From Escherichia coli (GTDB taxonomy: Bacteria; Pseudomonadota; Gammaproteobacteria; Enterobacterales; Enterobacteriaceae), in NCBI RefSeq assembly GCF_003334255.1, contig NZ_QOWU01000067.1: a stretch of DNA of 22,187 bases, one strand, 5' to 3'. The notes under the pieces were generated by a model that saw only the letters and a list, made by a program, of their open reading frames with translations, was not told the origin of the DNA and searched no databases. A program made the position numbers and the translations under genes. Below, piece after piece: positions 1-9,006 of the stretch; within the stretch, counting starts at the first letter, position 1, and each line of letters begins with the position of its first letter.

Positions 1-488
1 AGCTGATAGAAACAGAAGCCACTGGAGCACCTCAAAAACACCATCATACACTAAATCAGTAAGTTGGCAGCATCACCAGTTACGTAGATGAAAATACTTG
101 TCACCACCGCTACTTAATTCCGGTGTGAAATTATTTATTTCCGCATAATCAGCCATGTATTATTTGAAACAATTAGTTTGTAAATAATATAAATTGATAA
201 CATATCAAATACATCAAAAATACCATTCACAGGCATTATTAATATAGACATCAATATAGCAACATCAAATTCCAATTAGTAATAAGATATGCTTTTAAAT
301 TGCATGCAAATAATTTTAAATGATCGTTTTTTGATACTTTATAGTGTTTCCCACCCTTTAATATCACTGTGTAGAGTTGATATCACTACAACAGAAACAT
401 GCATGTCATTTGTTTACTTCTCTTTTTACTACAGAAAAATTTATCTATTTTTCTAAACATCAGTGAAATACTCATAAAGGTAACTATT

Positions 489-1319
489 ATGTCTATGCCA
501 TTAAGCAATGCCCTTCAGAGTCAAATTATTACAGATGATCACTTCCTTCATCATCCAAAAGTCGACAATGAGTTAACACGTAAATATGAACGTGCACGCC
601 TGGATACGGAAAATATCTATCTTCTGCCTCTTACTCGTGGCAATAATCATAATTACGATGGAAAAAGCGTTGTCGAAATTAGAAAACTTGATATTAGTAA
701 AGAGTCCTGGCCATTTAATTATGTGACAGAAACATGCAGAGAATCCGATGGTATTACAACAACAGGACGTATGCTCTATCGAAACTTGCGAATCACCTCA
801 GCTTTAGACGAAATATATGGTGGTATATGTAAAAAGGCGCATGCTGCCACAGAGTTAGCAGAAGGATTACGGCTAAATTTATTTATGAAGAGCCCTTCCT
901 ATCCTGTTGAGGACTATACAGTTCATGAAATAACATTAGGCCCTGGTTGCAATGTTCCAGGTTACGCCGGAACCACGATAGGATATATTTCAACACTTCC
1001 AGTTTCTCAGGCAAAAAGATGGACAAATGAGCAGCCAAGGATTGATATCTATATTGATCAGATAATAACTGTCTCAGGGGTGGCAAATTCTTCCGGATTC
1101 GCCCTTGCCGCATTACTTAATGCTAATATTGGAATGGGAAATGACCCAATAATTGGTATAGAAGCCTATCCAGGTACCGCGGAGATCCATGCAAAAATGG
1201 GATATAAAGTTATCCCCGGTGATGAAGATGCAAAACTCAAACGTATGACTTTGCAACCGTCATCTCTTCCAGAGCTGTTTGAATTAAAAAATGGTGAATG
1301 GAATTATATTGGTAAATAA
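489..1319 (+). CDS. yjiC: Uncharacterized protein (YjiC-like), 276 aa
   Basis: ORF 399..1319 trimmed to the ATG at 489 (MSMPLSNALQ...). Sits convergent to uxuR, as expected for yjiC. No recognisable catalytic motif or signal peptide; function unknown. Start choice is from synteny and remembered length, not a computed RBS score. Confidence 0.7.
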   Translation: MSMPLSNALQSQIITDDHFLHHPKVDNELTRKYERARLDTENIYLLPLTRGNNHNYDGKSVVEIRKLDISKESWPFNYVTETCRESDGITTTGRMLYRNLRITSALDEIYGGICKKAHAATELAEGLRLNLFMKSPSYPVEDYTVHEITLGPGCNVPGYAGTTIGYISTLPVSQAKRWTNEQPRIDIYIDQIITVSGVANSSGFALAALLNANIGMGNDPIIGIEAYPGTAEIHAKMGYKVIPGDEDAKLKRMTLQPSSLPELFELKNGEWNYIGK

Positions 1320-1419
1320 CCACTGAGAAGAATGAGTACTCACGTTCAGGTTATACAGATAGTTAAACAATACCCTGCAATTTAGAAAGTAATACTCATT
1401 GCGACTTCTTAATTTAAGA

Positions 1420-1448
1420 AAGCGCAAGGAATGTTTACCCTTGCGCTT
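1420..1448. terminator. Hairpin between convergent yjiC and uxuR (probable bidirectional terminator)
   Basis: Perfect 10-bp inverted repeat AAGCGCAAGG (1420-1429) / CCTTGCGCTT (1439-1448) with a 9-nt loop, located between the stop codons at 1319 and 1460. Confidence 0.5.
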
Positions 1449-1459
1449 ATCATAATAAG

Positions 1460-2233
1460 TCAGGCGTCGACTTTATCCAGCGGCCATGAATCAAACAGAT
1501 AGCCGTCAAAATAAATATCGTCAACGTTCGAGAATTCCAGCAGACGTTGCTTAACGTTTTCCAGATGCTGCCACATTGCCAGCTTCGCCGCTCGGGCATC
1601 TTTTTTGATTAACGCGGCGAGGATCTGTTTGTGATCGCCCAACCACTCTTTGCGATACAGGCTGTCATCCAGATGGCTGTGCAACTGGATCCACATTGGA
1701 TTGTTTTCCCGCCACTGCCAGGACTGACGGAATAACTCCACCAGCATGCTGTTATGCGTTGCTTCGGCAATAGCGAGATGGAACTGCATATCACCGCTTT
1801 CGCTGCTGCCCGGCGCGCTGGAAGCCAGTTCACGCTCTTCCAGTTGCAATGCCTGACGCATTTTGACGATATCTTCGCGGGTAGCCTGCAAAGCGGCAAA
1901 TTCCGCGATGTTACTTTCCAGTAACTGACGCGCCTGTAACAGCTCAAAAGGACCCGCATCATTACAGACGTTGGCATCCGAACTGTCTGTGTTGTGGCTG
2001 CCTGAGCTATCAAGAACATAGATACCGGCACCCCGGCGCACTTCCACCAGCCCTTTGATCTCCAGCATGATCAGCGCTTCACGTACCACCGTCCGCGTGA
2101 CATCAAGCATTTCTGCAATTTCACGCTCCGGCGGCAGCCGTTCGCCAGGATTGTACGGCGTCTTTATGATCAGATCGCGGATCATCGCCCCGACTTCCTG
2201 GTAAGGTCTTTGCGCAGAGGTGGCAGATTTCAT
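1460..2233 (-). CDS. uxuR: GntR/FadR-family transcriptional repressor of hexuronate utilisation, UxuR (257 aa)
   Basis: Full-length ORF MKSATSAQRPYQEVGAMIRDLI...; N-terminal winged-HTH and C-terminal FCD domain pattern; ATG confirmed at 2233-2231; position downstream of uxuAB. Confidence 0.95.
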   Translation of the reverse strand: MKSATSAQRPYQEVGAMIRDLIIKTPYNPGERLPPEREIAEMLDVTRTVVREALIMLEIKGLVEVRRGAGIYVLDSSGSHNTDSSDANVCNDAGPFELLQARQLLESNIAEFAALQATREDIVKMRQALQLEERELASSAPGSSESGDMQFHLAIAEATHNSMLVELFRQSWQWRENNPMWIQLHSHLDDSLYRKEWLGDHKQILAALIKKDARAAKLAMWQHLENVKQRLLEFSNVDDIYFDGYLFDSWPLDKVDA

Positions 2234-2270
2234 GGTGTTGTGTCCGTTAGGTGCGGTTAATCAAATTTTT

Positions 2271-2304
2271 GCCGGATGCGGCGTGAACGCCTTATCCGGC
2301 CTAC
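2271..2304. repeat. REP (repetitive extragenic palindromic) element
   Basis: GCCGGATGCGGCGTGAACGCCTTATCCGGCCTAC matches the classic E. coli REP/PU consensus; intergenic between uxuB and uxuR. Confidence 0.7.
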
Positions 2305-2379
2305 AACGGGCAATTTTACGGCCCCTGTTAATCTCAAACTATACCATTAGCACTGGAAGTTGGCACGTACAGGTGGGCA

Positions 2380-2424
2380 AAAAAACGAAAACTGGTCAAC
2401 CAAATATCAGTTTGATTGACCAGT
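2380..2424 (-). terminator. Rho-independent terminator downstream of uxuB
   Basis: Stem ACTGGTCAA (2391-2399) / TTGACCAGT (2416-2424) with an inner CAAA/TTTG pairing; on the minus strand it is followed by TTTCGTTTTTTT (complement of 2380-2390). Lies 24 bp after the uxuB stop. Confidence 0.6.
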
Positions 2425-2447
2425 AAGTCTGTAGGGTAATCAGTTAG

Positions 2448-3908
2448 TTACAGCGCAGCCACACACTCGCGCGCACCGCGTTCGCACAGCTGCTGATATG
2501 CCGCCGTCACCGCGCCAACAAAGTCGGCATTCTGCGGCAGATCATCGGCAAAAATACCGCTCAGGCCTAGCAGCGCTTTCACGCGGTCTGCGCCCTGATA
2601 CTGCGCGTTAATCTTCTGGAACTCGGCCAGCATCGGGTCGACCACGTCAATGGCATTACCCTGCTCATCCACGCCCTGGGTGTAACGCATCCAGCCAGCC
2701 ACGCCCAGCGCCAGGTGACGCCAGCTGCCGCCGTTTTGCAGGTGCAGACGCACCGGGTCCAGCAGACGCTGCGGTAACTTCTGGCTGCCGTCCATCGCAA
2801 TCTGCCAGGTACGGTGACGCAGAGACGGGTTGCTGAAACGCTCGATCAGCAGCGTCGCATAGGCGTTCAGGTCCGTACCTTCCGGCATCGACAGCGTTGG
2901 CGCTTGTTCCTGCATCATCAGGGCAAAGGCCGCTTTGCGATAATCCGGGTTAGTCATGGTGTCGGCAATAGTTTCATAGCCGCCGAGGTAACCGAGGTAC
3001 GCCAGGAAAGAGTGGCTACCGTTCAGCATACGCAGCTTCATCATTTCGAACGGCACAACGTCTGCAACGAACTGTGCGCCCACTTTATCCCAGTCCGGGC
3101 GACCATTAACGAAATTATCTTCAATCACCCACTGACGGAACGGTTCGCAGGCAATGGCGCACGGGTCGTAAACGCCCAGCTGGTCAGCAATTTCCTGTAA
3201 GGTTTCTGGCGTCGCCGCCGGAACGATGCGGTCAACCATGGTGCACGGGAAGGTGACGTTCTCTCCAATCCATGCCGCTAGCTGCGGGTCACGCGCCTGA
3301 GCCAGCCCCAGTACCGCGACCTTCGCCACATGACCGTTTTCACGCACGTTATCGCAGGACATCACCGTAAATGCTTTCAGCCCTTTTTCACGACGCAGAC
3401 GCAAGGCTTCGACGATGTAACCAATCGCGGACTTCGGCGCAGTCGGGTTTTCCAGATCGTGCTTGATCAGCGGGTTATTGAGATCCAGTTGACCGCTTGC
3501 CGCATCAGCGCAGTAGCCTTTTTCCGTGACCGTCAGAGAGACAATCGCCGTTTGCGGACGCGCCATCGCGTTGAGAATACCTTCGCAGCCGTCGATTTCC
3601 GGGTGCAGCGCTTCTTTCATCGAACCGATAATTTTCAGCTCGGTGCTTTCCGCGCCTTTTTCCGCCACGGTGTACAGCAGTTGCTGTTTTTTCAGGTTTT
3701 CGATCAGCACGCGGTCGTTGCCTGGCATCAGGTTAACTTCGCAGATACCCCAGTCGCTGTCGGTGCTTTCCAGCAGATGATGGGTGTACAGCGCCTGGTG
3801 CGCACGGTGAAACGCCCCGCAACCGAGATGCACAATGCGTGATTCCAGACGAGAATGATCCCATGACGGGCGGGCAACCGGCAGATTGCTGTCAACAATA
3901 GTAGTCAT
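2448..3908 (-). CDS. uxuB: D-mannonate oxidoreductase (fructuronate reductase), UxuB (486 aa)
   Basis: Full-length ORF MTTIVDSNLPVARPSWDHSRL...; N-terminal Rossmann-type GCGAFHRAH region typical of the mannitol dehydrogenase family; ATG at 3908-3906; directly downstream of uxuA. Confidence 0.95.
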   Translation of the reverse strand: MTTIVDSNLPVARPSWDHSRLESRIVHLGCGAFHRAHQALYTHHLLESTDSDWGICEVNLMPGNDRVLIENLKKQQLLYTVAEKGAESTELKIIGSMKEALHPEIDGCEGILNAMARPQTAIVSLTVTEKGYCADAASGQLDLNNPLIKHDLENPTAPKSAIGYIVEALRLRREKGLKAFTVMSCDNVRENGHVAKVAVLGLAQARDPQLAAWIGENVTFPCTMVDRIVPAATPETLQEIADQLGVYDPCAIACEPFRQWVIEDNFVNGRPDWDKVGAQFVADVVPFEMMKLRMLNGSHSFLAYLGYLGGYETIADTMTNPDYRKAAFALMMQEQAPTLSMPEGTDLNAYATLLIERFSNPSLRHRTWQIAMDGSQKLPQRLLDPVRLHLQNGGSWRHLALGVAGWMRYTQGVDEQGNAIDVVDPMLAEFQKINAQYQGADRVKALLGLSGIFADDLPQNADFVGAVTAAYQQLCERGARECVAAL

Positions 3909-3988
3909 CGTAAACTCCAGAATCCGTCTTCAGAGAGTGACGGCAAGGAAGAAGGAACCGGCACGGCGCGCAGCCATGCCGGTGGATA

Positions 3989-5173
3989 TTAACGGCTAAA
4001 GAAAGCGCGCTGGATCGCCAGTTCGACACCGCGAACTTCGGCCAGGCCTTTCAGACGACCAATTGCGGAGTAACCTGGGTTGGTTTTCTTCTTCAGGTCG
4101 TCCAGCATCTGATGACCGTGGTCCGGACGCATCGGGATCAGGTCTTCTTTGCCTTCCGCTTTACGACGGTGTTCTTCTTCAACAATCGCTTTCACCACTT
4201 CGTACATATCAACGTCACCATTCAGGTGCGCCGCTTCGTGGAAGGTTTTCGGGTTATCTTCACGCATGGTGGAGCGCAGATGGGTGAAGTAAATACGCGG
4301 ACCGAACTGCTTGATCATATCAACCAGATCGTTGTCAGCACGCACGCCGTAGGAACCGGTGCACATGGTGAAACCGTTCGCCATGCTATTTACGGTATCA
4401 ACCATCCACTGCATATCTTCAATGGTAGAAACAATGCGCGGCAGGCCGAGGATTGGGCGCGGCGGATCGTCCGGGTGAACAGCCATACGCACGCCAACTT
4501 CTTCGGCAACCGGAATAATCGCCTTCAGGAAGACGGCAAAGTTTTCGCGCAGTTTGGCTTTGTCGATATCTTTGTACAGCTCCAGGTGCTTACGGAACTG
4601 GTCGAGGGTGTACCCTTCTTCCGCGCCCGGCAGACCGGCAATGATGTTACGGGTCAGACGCGCTTTGTCTTCGTCGCTCATAGTGGCGAAGCGTTCAGCT
4701 GCCTGAGCAATTTCTTCTTCGGTGTAATCCGCTTCCGCACCTGGGCGTTTCAGGATATGCATTTCGAATGCAGCGAATTCGATCTGGTCGAAGCGCAGAG
4801 CTTTGGAGCCGTCTGGCAGCACGTATTCGAGGTCAGTACGGGTCCAGTCGAGCACCGGCATGAAGTTGTAGCACACGGTGCGAATACCGCACTGCGCCAG
4901 GTTGCGCAGAGTCTGCTGATAGTTAGCGATCCACTGCTCATAGTTGCCAGTGTGGGTTTTGATATCTTCGTGAATTGGCACGCTTTCTACGACAGACCAC
5001 ACCAGGCCTGCATCTTCAACGATAGCCTTGCGTTTGAGGATCTCTTCTACGGACCATACTTCACCGTTCGGGATATGGTGCAAAGCGGTAACCACGCCAG
5101 TCGCGCCCGCCTGACGGACATCAGCTAAAGAAACCGGATCGTTTGGGCCGTACCAGCGCCAGGTCTGTTCCAT
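3989..5173 (-). CDS. uxuA: D-mannonate dehydratase, UxuA (394 aa)
   Basis: ORF 3989..5209 trimmed to the internal ATG at 5173 ([14 protein letters not shown]...), which is preceded by an AGAGGA Shine-Dalgarno on the minus strand; the longer N-terminal extension has no RBS. Confidence 0.93.
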
Positions 5174-5339
5174 GATTTTTCCTCTTTCACATAGTGGGTT
5201 CCACAGCAAAGAGACGCGGAACCCTGGAGTTGTTTAGGTATCCGGATGAACAACCAGACCGCAGCCGTGGCGTTGCATCGGATGAGATGGCGTATAAGTT
5301 CTACCTTTTGGTAAGACATGTCAACCCGAATTCTGAAAT

Positions 5340-5349
5340 TGGTTAACCA
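5340..5349. promoter_or_regulatory. Candidate UxuR/ExuR operator (TGGT-N2-ACCA palindrome) in the uxuA-gntP divergent region
   Basis: Perfect palindrome TGGTTAACCA embedded in AAATTGGTTAACCAC; FadR-subfamily GntR regulators bind TGGT..ACCA-type palindromes, and uxuAB and gntP are UxuR-regulated. Motif assignment is from memory, not a PWM scan. Confidence 0.45.
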
Positions 5350-5425
5350 CATCACAAGAATTTCACTCTCCTGGTTGTTGCTGCAAATTGCAGCAAAAGG
5401 TAATCGATGGTTATTGATCAGAGGA

Positions 5426-5441
5426 TGTGACATTCATCGCA
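5426..5441. promoter_or_regulatory. Candidate CRP binding site
   Basis: TGTGAcattcaTCGCA matches the CRP consensus TGTGA-N6-TCACA in 9 of 10 core positions; sits in the divergent uxuA/gntP promoter region, both of which are catabolite-controlled. Confidence 0.4.
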
Positions 5442-5444
5442 ACA

Positions 5445-5456
5445 ATGGTTGACCAA
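5445..5456. promoter_or_regulatory. Second candidate UxuR/ExuR operator (ATGGTTGACCAA)
   Basis: TGGTTGACCA has the same TGGT-N2-ACCA geometry as the site at 5340-5349; lies about 60 bp upstream of the gntP ATG. Confidence 0.4.
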
Positions 5457-5512
5457 TTTACATAACATGTCGCCCAAAATAACAACGGTTCAACCAGGTA
5501 AGGTAAAACGTT

Positions 5513-6856
5513 ATGCATGTGCTTAACATTCTCTGGGTGGTATTCGGCATTGGTCTGATGCTGGTACTGAATTTGAAGTTCAAAATCAATTCAATGGTGG
5601 CCTTGTTGGTGGCGGCGCTGTCCGTCGGGATGCTGGCGGGCATGGATTTGATGTCGCTGCTGCACACCATGAAAGCGGGCTTCGGCAACACGCTGGGGGA
5701 ACTGGCTATCATCGTGGTGTTCGGTGCGGTCATCGGTAAATTGATGGTCGACTCCGGCGCGGCTCACCAGATAGCGCATACGCTGCTGGCACGTCTCGGT
5801 CTGCGTTATGTACAGCTGTCGGTGATTATCATCGGCCTGATTTTCGGTCTGGCGATGTTCTATGAAGTGGCCTTTATCATGTTAGCACCGCTGGTTATTG
5901 TTATTGCCGCCGAAGCTAAAATTCCGTTCCTGAAACTGGCGATCCCGGCAGTAGCAGCTGCCACTACCGCACATTCACTGTTCCCACCGCAGCCGGGTCC
6001 GGTGGCGCTGGTGAATGCTTATGGCGCGGATATGGGGATGGTTTATATCTATGGCGTACTGGTGACGATCCCAAGTGTCATCTGCGCAGGTCTGATCCTG
6101 CCGAAGTTCCTCGGCAATCTTGAGCGCCCAACGCCATCATTCCTGAAAGCAGATCAACCGGTAGATATGAATAATCTGCCCTCTTTCGGCGTTTCGATTC
6201 TGGTGCCGTTGATCCCGGCGATCATTATGATCTCTACCACCATCGCCAATATCTGGCTGGTAAAAGATACCCCTGCGTGGGAAGTGGTTAACTTTATCGG
6301 TTCCTCGCCGATTGCAATGTTTATTGCGATGGTGGTTGCATTCGTACTCTTTGGCACCGCGCGCGGGCACGATATGCAGTGGGTAATGAACGCTTTTGAA
6401 AGCGCGGTGAAAAGCATTGCAATGGTGATTCTGATCATCGGTGCAGGTGGCGTGCTGAAGCAGACCATCATCGACACCGGCATCGGCGACACCATCGGCA
6501 TGCTGATGTCCCACGGCAATATCTCGCCCTACATCATGGCATGGCTGATCACCGTACTGATTCGTCTGGCGACGGGTCAGGGTGTGGTTTCAGCGATGAC
6601 CGCCGCCGGGATTATCAGTGCAGCAATCCTTGATCCAGCAACTGGTCAGCTGGTTGGCGTGAATCCGGCGCTGCTGGTACTGGCGACGGCTGCGGGTTCC
6701 AACACCCTCACCCACATTAACGATGCCTCATTCTGGTTGTTCAAAGGTTACTTTGACCTGTCAGTAAAAGACACGTTGAAAACCTGGGGTCTGCTGGAGC
6801 TGGTCAACTCCGTGGTTGGGCTGATTATTGTGCTGATTATTAGCATGGTAGCGTAA
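5513..6856 (+). CDS. gntP: GntP-family gluconate/fructuronate:H+ permease (447 aa)
   Basis: Full-length, highly hydrophobic multi-helix [26 protein letters not shown]...; ATG at 5513; divergent from uxuA and adjacent to fimH as in E. coli. Confidence 0.93.
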
Positions 6857-6866
6857 AAGAGCACCT

Positions 6867-6900
6867 GAGCCTGCCATTGGCAGGCTCTGTTCGGATTGTC
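6867..6900 (+). terminator. Probable gntP terminator hairpin
   Basis: GAGCCTGCC (6867-6875) / GGCAGGCTC (6879-6887) inverted repeat beginning 11 bp after the gntP stop, followed by a T-containing tract (tgttcggattgt). Confidence 0.5.
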
Positions 6901-6920
6901 GGTAAAGTGCGCTTTGTTTA

Positions 6921-6957
6921 TGCCAGATGCGACGCTGACGCGTCTTATCTGGCCTAC
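6921..6957. repeat. REP-like element
   Basis: TGCCAGATGCGACGCTGACGCGTCTTATCTGGCCTAC resembles the REP consensus (GCC.GATGCG.CG ... CTTATC.GGCCTAC); lies between the convergent gntP and fimH. Confidence 0.6.
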
Positions 6958-7028
6958 AAAGGGCTAACGTGCAGGTTTTAGCTTCAGGTAATATTGCGTA
7001 CCTGCATTAGCAATGCCCTGTGATTTCT

Positions 7029-7931
7029 TTATTGATAAACAAAAGTCACGCCAATAATCGATTGCACATTCCCTGCAGTCACCTGCCCTCCGGTACGTGC
7101 GTAATTTGCCGTTAATCCCAGACTTACCGCCGAAGTCCCTACTGCTCCTAACGATACCGTGTTATTCGCTGGAATAATCGTACCGTTGCGCGTCAACTGT
7201 ACGCCGACGCCCTGTGCAGGTGAAAACGACGCGGTATTGGTGAAAATCGAGTTGCCCGCATCTGCGGTTGTGCCGGAGAGGTAATACCCCAGGTTTTGGC
7301 TTTTCGCACAATAAACGGTAAGAGGAATCGGCACTGAACCAGGGTAGTCCGGCAGAGTAACGGTGACATCACGAGCAGAAACATCGCAGCCGCCAGTGGG
7401 CACCACCACATCATTATTGGCGTAAATATTCCACACAAACTGGAAATCATCGCTGTTATAGTTGTTGGTCTGTCGCAAAATAAGCACGGCAATTAATGAG
7501 CCAGCTTTAATCACCACCCCGCCCGCACTGCTCACAGGCGTCAAATAAAGCGCCACCGGCCACGGCTTATCCGTTCTCGAATTATAAACAACCCGCGGCG
7601 TTTCACTGGTGGTCGGAAATGGATAGCTACTGCCACTATATTTTACGGTCCCGGAAAAATTAGATAACACGCCGCCATAAGCCGAGCCTCGTTGCAGTGT
7701 GACATAATCTGTAATGGTTTCCGGGTAATCGTTATGGCAAAAGATTTGCGTCGAAAGATCCACGACCAGGTTTTGCCCCACATTCACGGCGGGCGCAAGG
7801 TTTACATAAACATTGGCGCTGCCACCGCCAATAGGGATAGCGGTGCCATTGGCGGTTTTACAGGCGAATGACCAGGCATTTACCGACCAGCCCATCAGCA
7901 GTATAGCAAACAGGTTAATAACTCGTTTCAT
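7029..7931 (-). CDS. fimH: Type 1 fimbrial tip adhesin FimH, mannose-specific (300 aa)
   Basis: ORF trimmed to the ATG at 7931 (MKRVINLFAILLMGWSVNAWSFACKTANGTAIPIGGG...); signal peptide followed by lectin and pilin domains; last gene of the fim operon. Confidence 0.95.
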   Translation of the reverse strand: MKRVINLFAILLMGWSVNAWSFACKTANGTAIPIGGGSANVYVNLAPAVNVGQNLVVDLSTQIFCHNDYPETITDYVTLQRGSAYGGVLSNFSGTVKYSGSSYPFPTTSETPRVVYNSRTDKPWPVALYLTPVSSAGGVVIKAGSLIAVLILRQTNNYNSDDFQFVWNIYANNDVVVPTGGCDVSARDVTVTLPDYPGSVPIPLTVYCAKSQNLGYYLSGTTADAGNSIFTNTASFSPAQGVGVQLTRNGTIIPANNTVSLGAVGTSAVSLGLTANYARTGGQVTAGNVQSIIGVTFVYQ

Positions 7932-7950
7932 TACAATCATCTCTTCGGCT

Positions 7951-8454
7951 TCAGCTGTAGGTATAGGTGATGCTAATCACTGCCTGAATGGTTCCCTGAG
8001 TGGCTCCGCCATTTACCGTCAATGCTCTGACCTGTAACGGGAAGTGCGCTGATTGTGAGGAATCATCCACCTGAACTGTTTTGGTTGCGCCACTATTCAA
8101 TGTGTTGCCACTGTCATCCTGTAGCTCTAACTGGATGTTTTGCGCGGTCCCCTGGTTTTTATAATATCCGGTACTGTCGGCTGCCCCGCTGAAGCTGGCA
8201 GTGACCCTCGACGTTCCCACCGGACAATTAGTCAACTCAAGCGCAACATCATGCCAGGCCGATGCCGCCCCGGCAGACATCAGACTGAAAGAATAAAGAT
8301 CGCCGAGATCTACCGTGGCATTGGTGGTGGAAACCGTGCACGGTTTGGCGACGACCTTACCGTTCACCGTGATGGTGACATCGGCTGCCTGTATCGTCGC
8401 ACTTGCGAGCGCCAATATTGCCGCCAATACATACCCACGTTTGCACCATTTCAT
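7951..8454 (-). CDS. fimG: Type 1 fimbrial minor subunit FimG (167 aa)
   Basis: ORF trimmed to the ATG at 8454 (MKWCKRGYVLAAILALASATIQAADVTITV...); pilin fold with signal peptide; between fimF and fimH. Confidence 0.93.
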   Translation of the reverse strand: MKWCKRGYVLAAILALASATIQAADVTITVNGKVVAKPCTVSTTNATVDLGDLYSFSLMSAGAASAWHDVALELTNCPVGTSRVTASFSGAADSTGYYKNQGTAQNIQLELQDDSGNTLNSGATKTVQVDDSSQSAHFPLQVRALTVNGGATQGTIQAVISITYTYS

Positions 8455-8466
8455 GAGCATCTCCAG

Positions 8467-8997
8467 TTACTGATATTCAAGAGTGAAGGTAGCCGTGGCA
8501 TTGATATGCCCCGCAGTGACAGGCACCTGTGTCGCCATTAGCCGGGCGTAAAAATTCAGCGTATTTGGTTTACCCGGCGTCAGGGTCGTCCACGAAATCG
8601 CGGACGATGGGGCATTAAGGGGTATCTGATTTTGTTGCTCATTCAGAAGCTGTATTCCCAGTCCCGCAGCCGCTGACACCGTATTTTCAAGTGCAAGCAG
8701 GTTGGCATTGTGGCTATCTGCAACACCGGTAAACCCAACTTTTACGGCAGAAACGGCATTACCACAGGGTGACAGCAAAATACGAAATGGAACGACAGGA
8801 GTCGTCGCGCCAATGTTGTTAAATTGCTTCGCCGCGTTTTCCATCAGATCAACAGTAAAATTGGTTGATTCAGCGGCCACACTACAGCCGTTATCTCTGA
8901 CATAGCCGCGGATAGTAATCGTGCTATCCGCAGCCAAAGCGTGACTTACCGCCAGCCACAAAAAAGCGCACAGAAGATAAAAAGGTTTGTTTCTCAT
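8467..8997 (-). CDS. fimF: Type 1 fimbrial minor subunit FimF (176 aa)
   Basis: [22 protein letters not shown]...; ATG at 8997 (the ORF track's first residue is a GTG at 9000); stop 6 bp before fimG. Confidence 0.93.
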   Translation of the reverse strand: MRNKPFYLLCAFLWLAVSHALAADSTITIRGYVRDNGCSVAAESTNFTVDLMENAAKQFNNIGATTPVVPFRILLSPCGNAVSAVKVGFTGVADSHNANLLALENTVSAAAGLGIQLLNEQQNQIPLNAPSSAISWTTLTPGKPNTLNFYARLMATQVPVTAGHINATATFTLEYQ

Positions 8998-9006
8998 CAC
9001 GCCCCC

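Noticed and set aside
1609-2426. ORFs 1609..2031 (-) inside uxuR and 2220..2426 (+) across the uxuB-uxuR spacer
   Set aside because: The first is an alternative frame of uxuR. The second runs through the REP element and the uxuB terminator hairpin, so it is non-coding structural DNA.
2579-3842. Antisense and alternative-frame ORFs inside uxuB (2579..2800 -, 2814..3200 +, 3330..3842 +, 3526..3780 +)
   Set aside because: All are embedded in the uxuB coding region, are Arg/His/Gln-rich with no recognisable motifs, and are best explained as frame artefacts of GC-rich coding DNA.
4112-5128. 338-aa ORF on the + strand antisense to uxuA, plus similar antisense ORFs at 4063..4287 and 4750..4941
   Set aside because: Lies entirely within, and opposite to, the well-supported uxuA gene; translation is low-complexity (Phe/Arg/Val-rich) with no RBS-supported start. 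A typical mirror-frame artefact.
3989-5209. 12-codon N-terminal extension of uxuA ([12 protein letters not shown]...)
   Set aside because: No RBS precedes the upstream ATG, whereas the internal ATG at 5173 has AGAGGA at optimal spacing and yields the expected 394-aa product.
5125-6519. Small ORFs around the uxuA/gntP promoter and antisense to gntP (5125..5433 -, 5458..5733 -, 5591..5779 -, 6137..6514 -, 6154..6519 -)
   Set aside because: They overlap the uxuA start or regulatory region, or lie antisense within gntP; none has a plausible start context.
6985-7004. CAGGTA / TACCTG hairpin as a possible fimH terminator
   Set aside because: The stem is short and the minus-strand downstream sequence is not U-rich; insufficient support to call a terminator.
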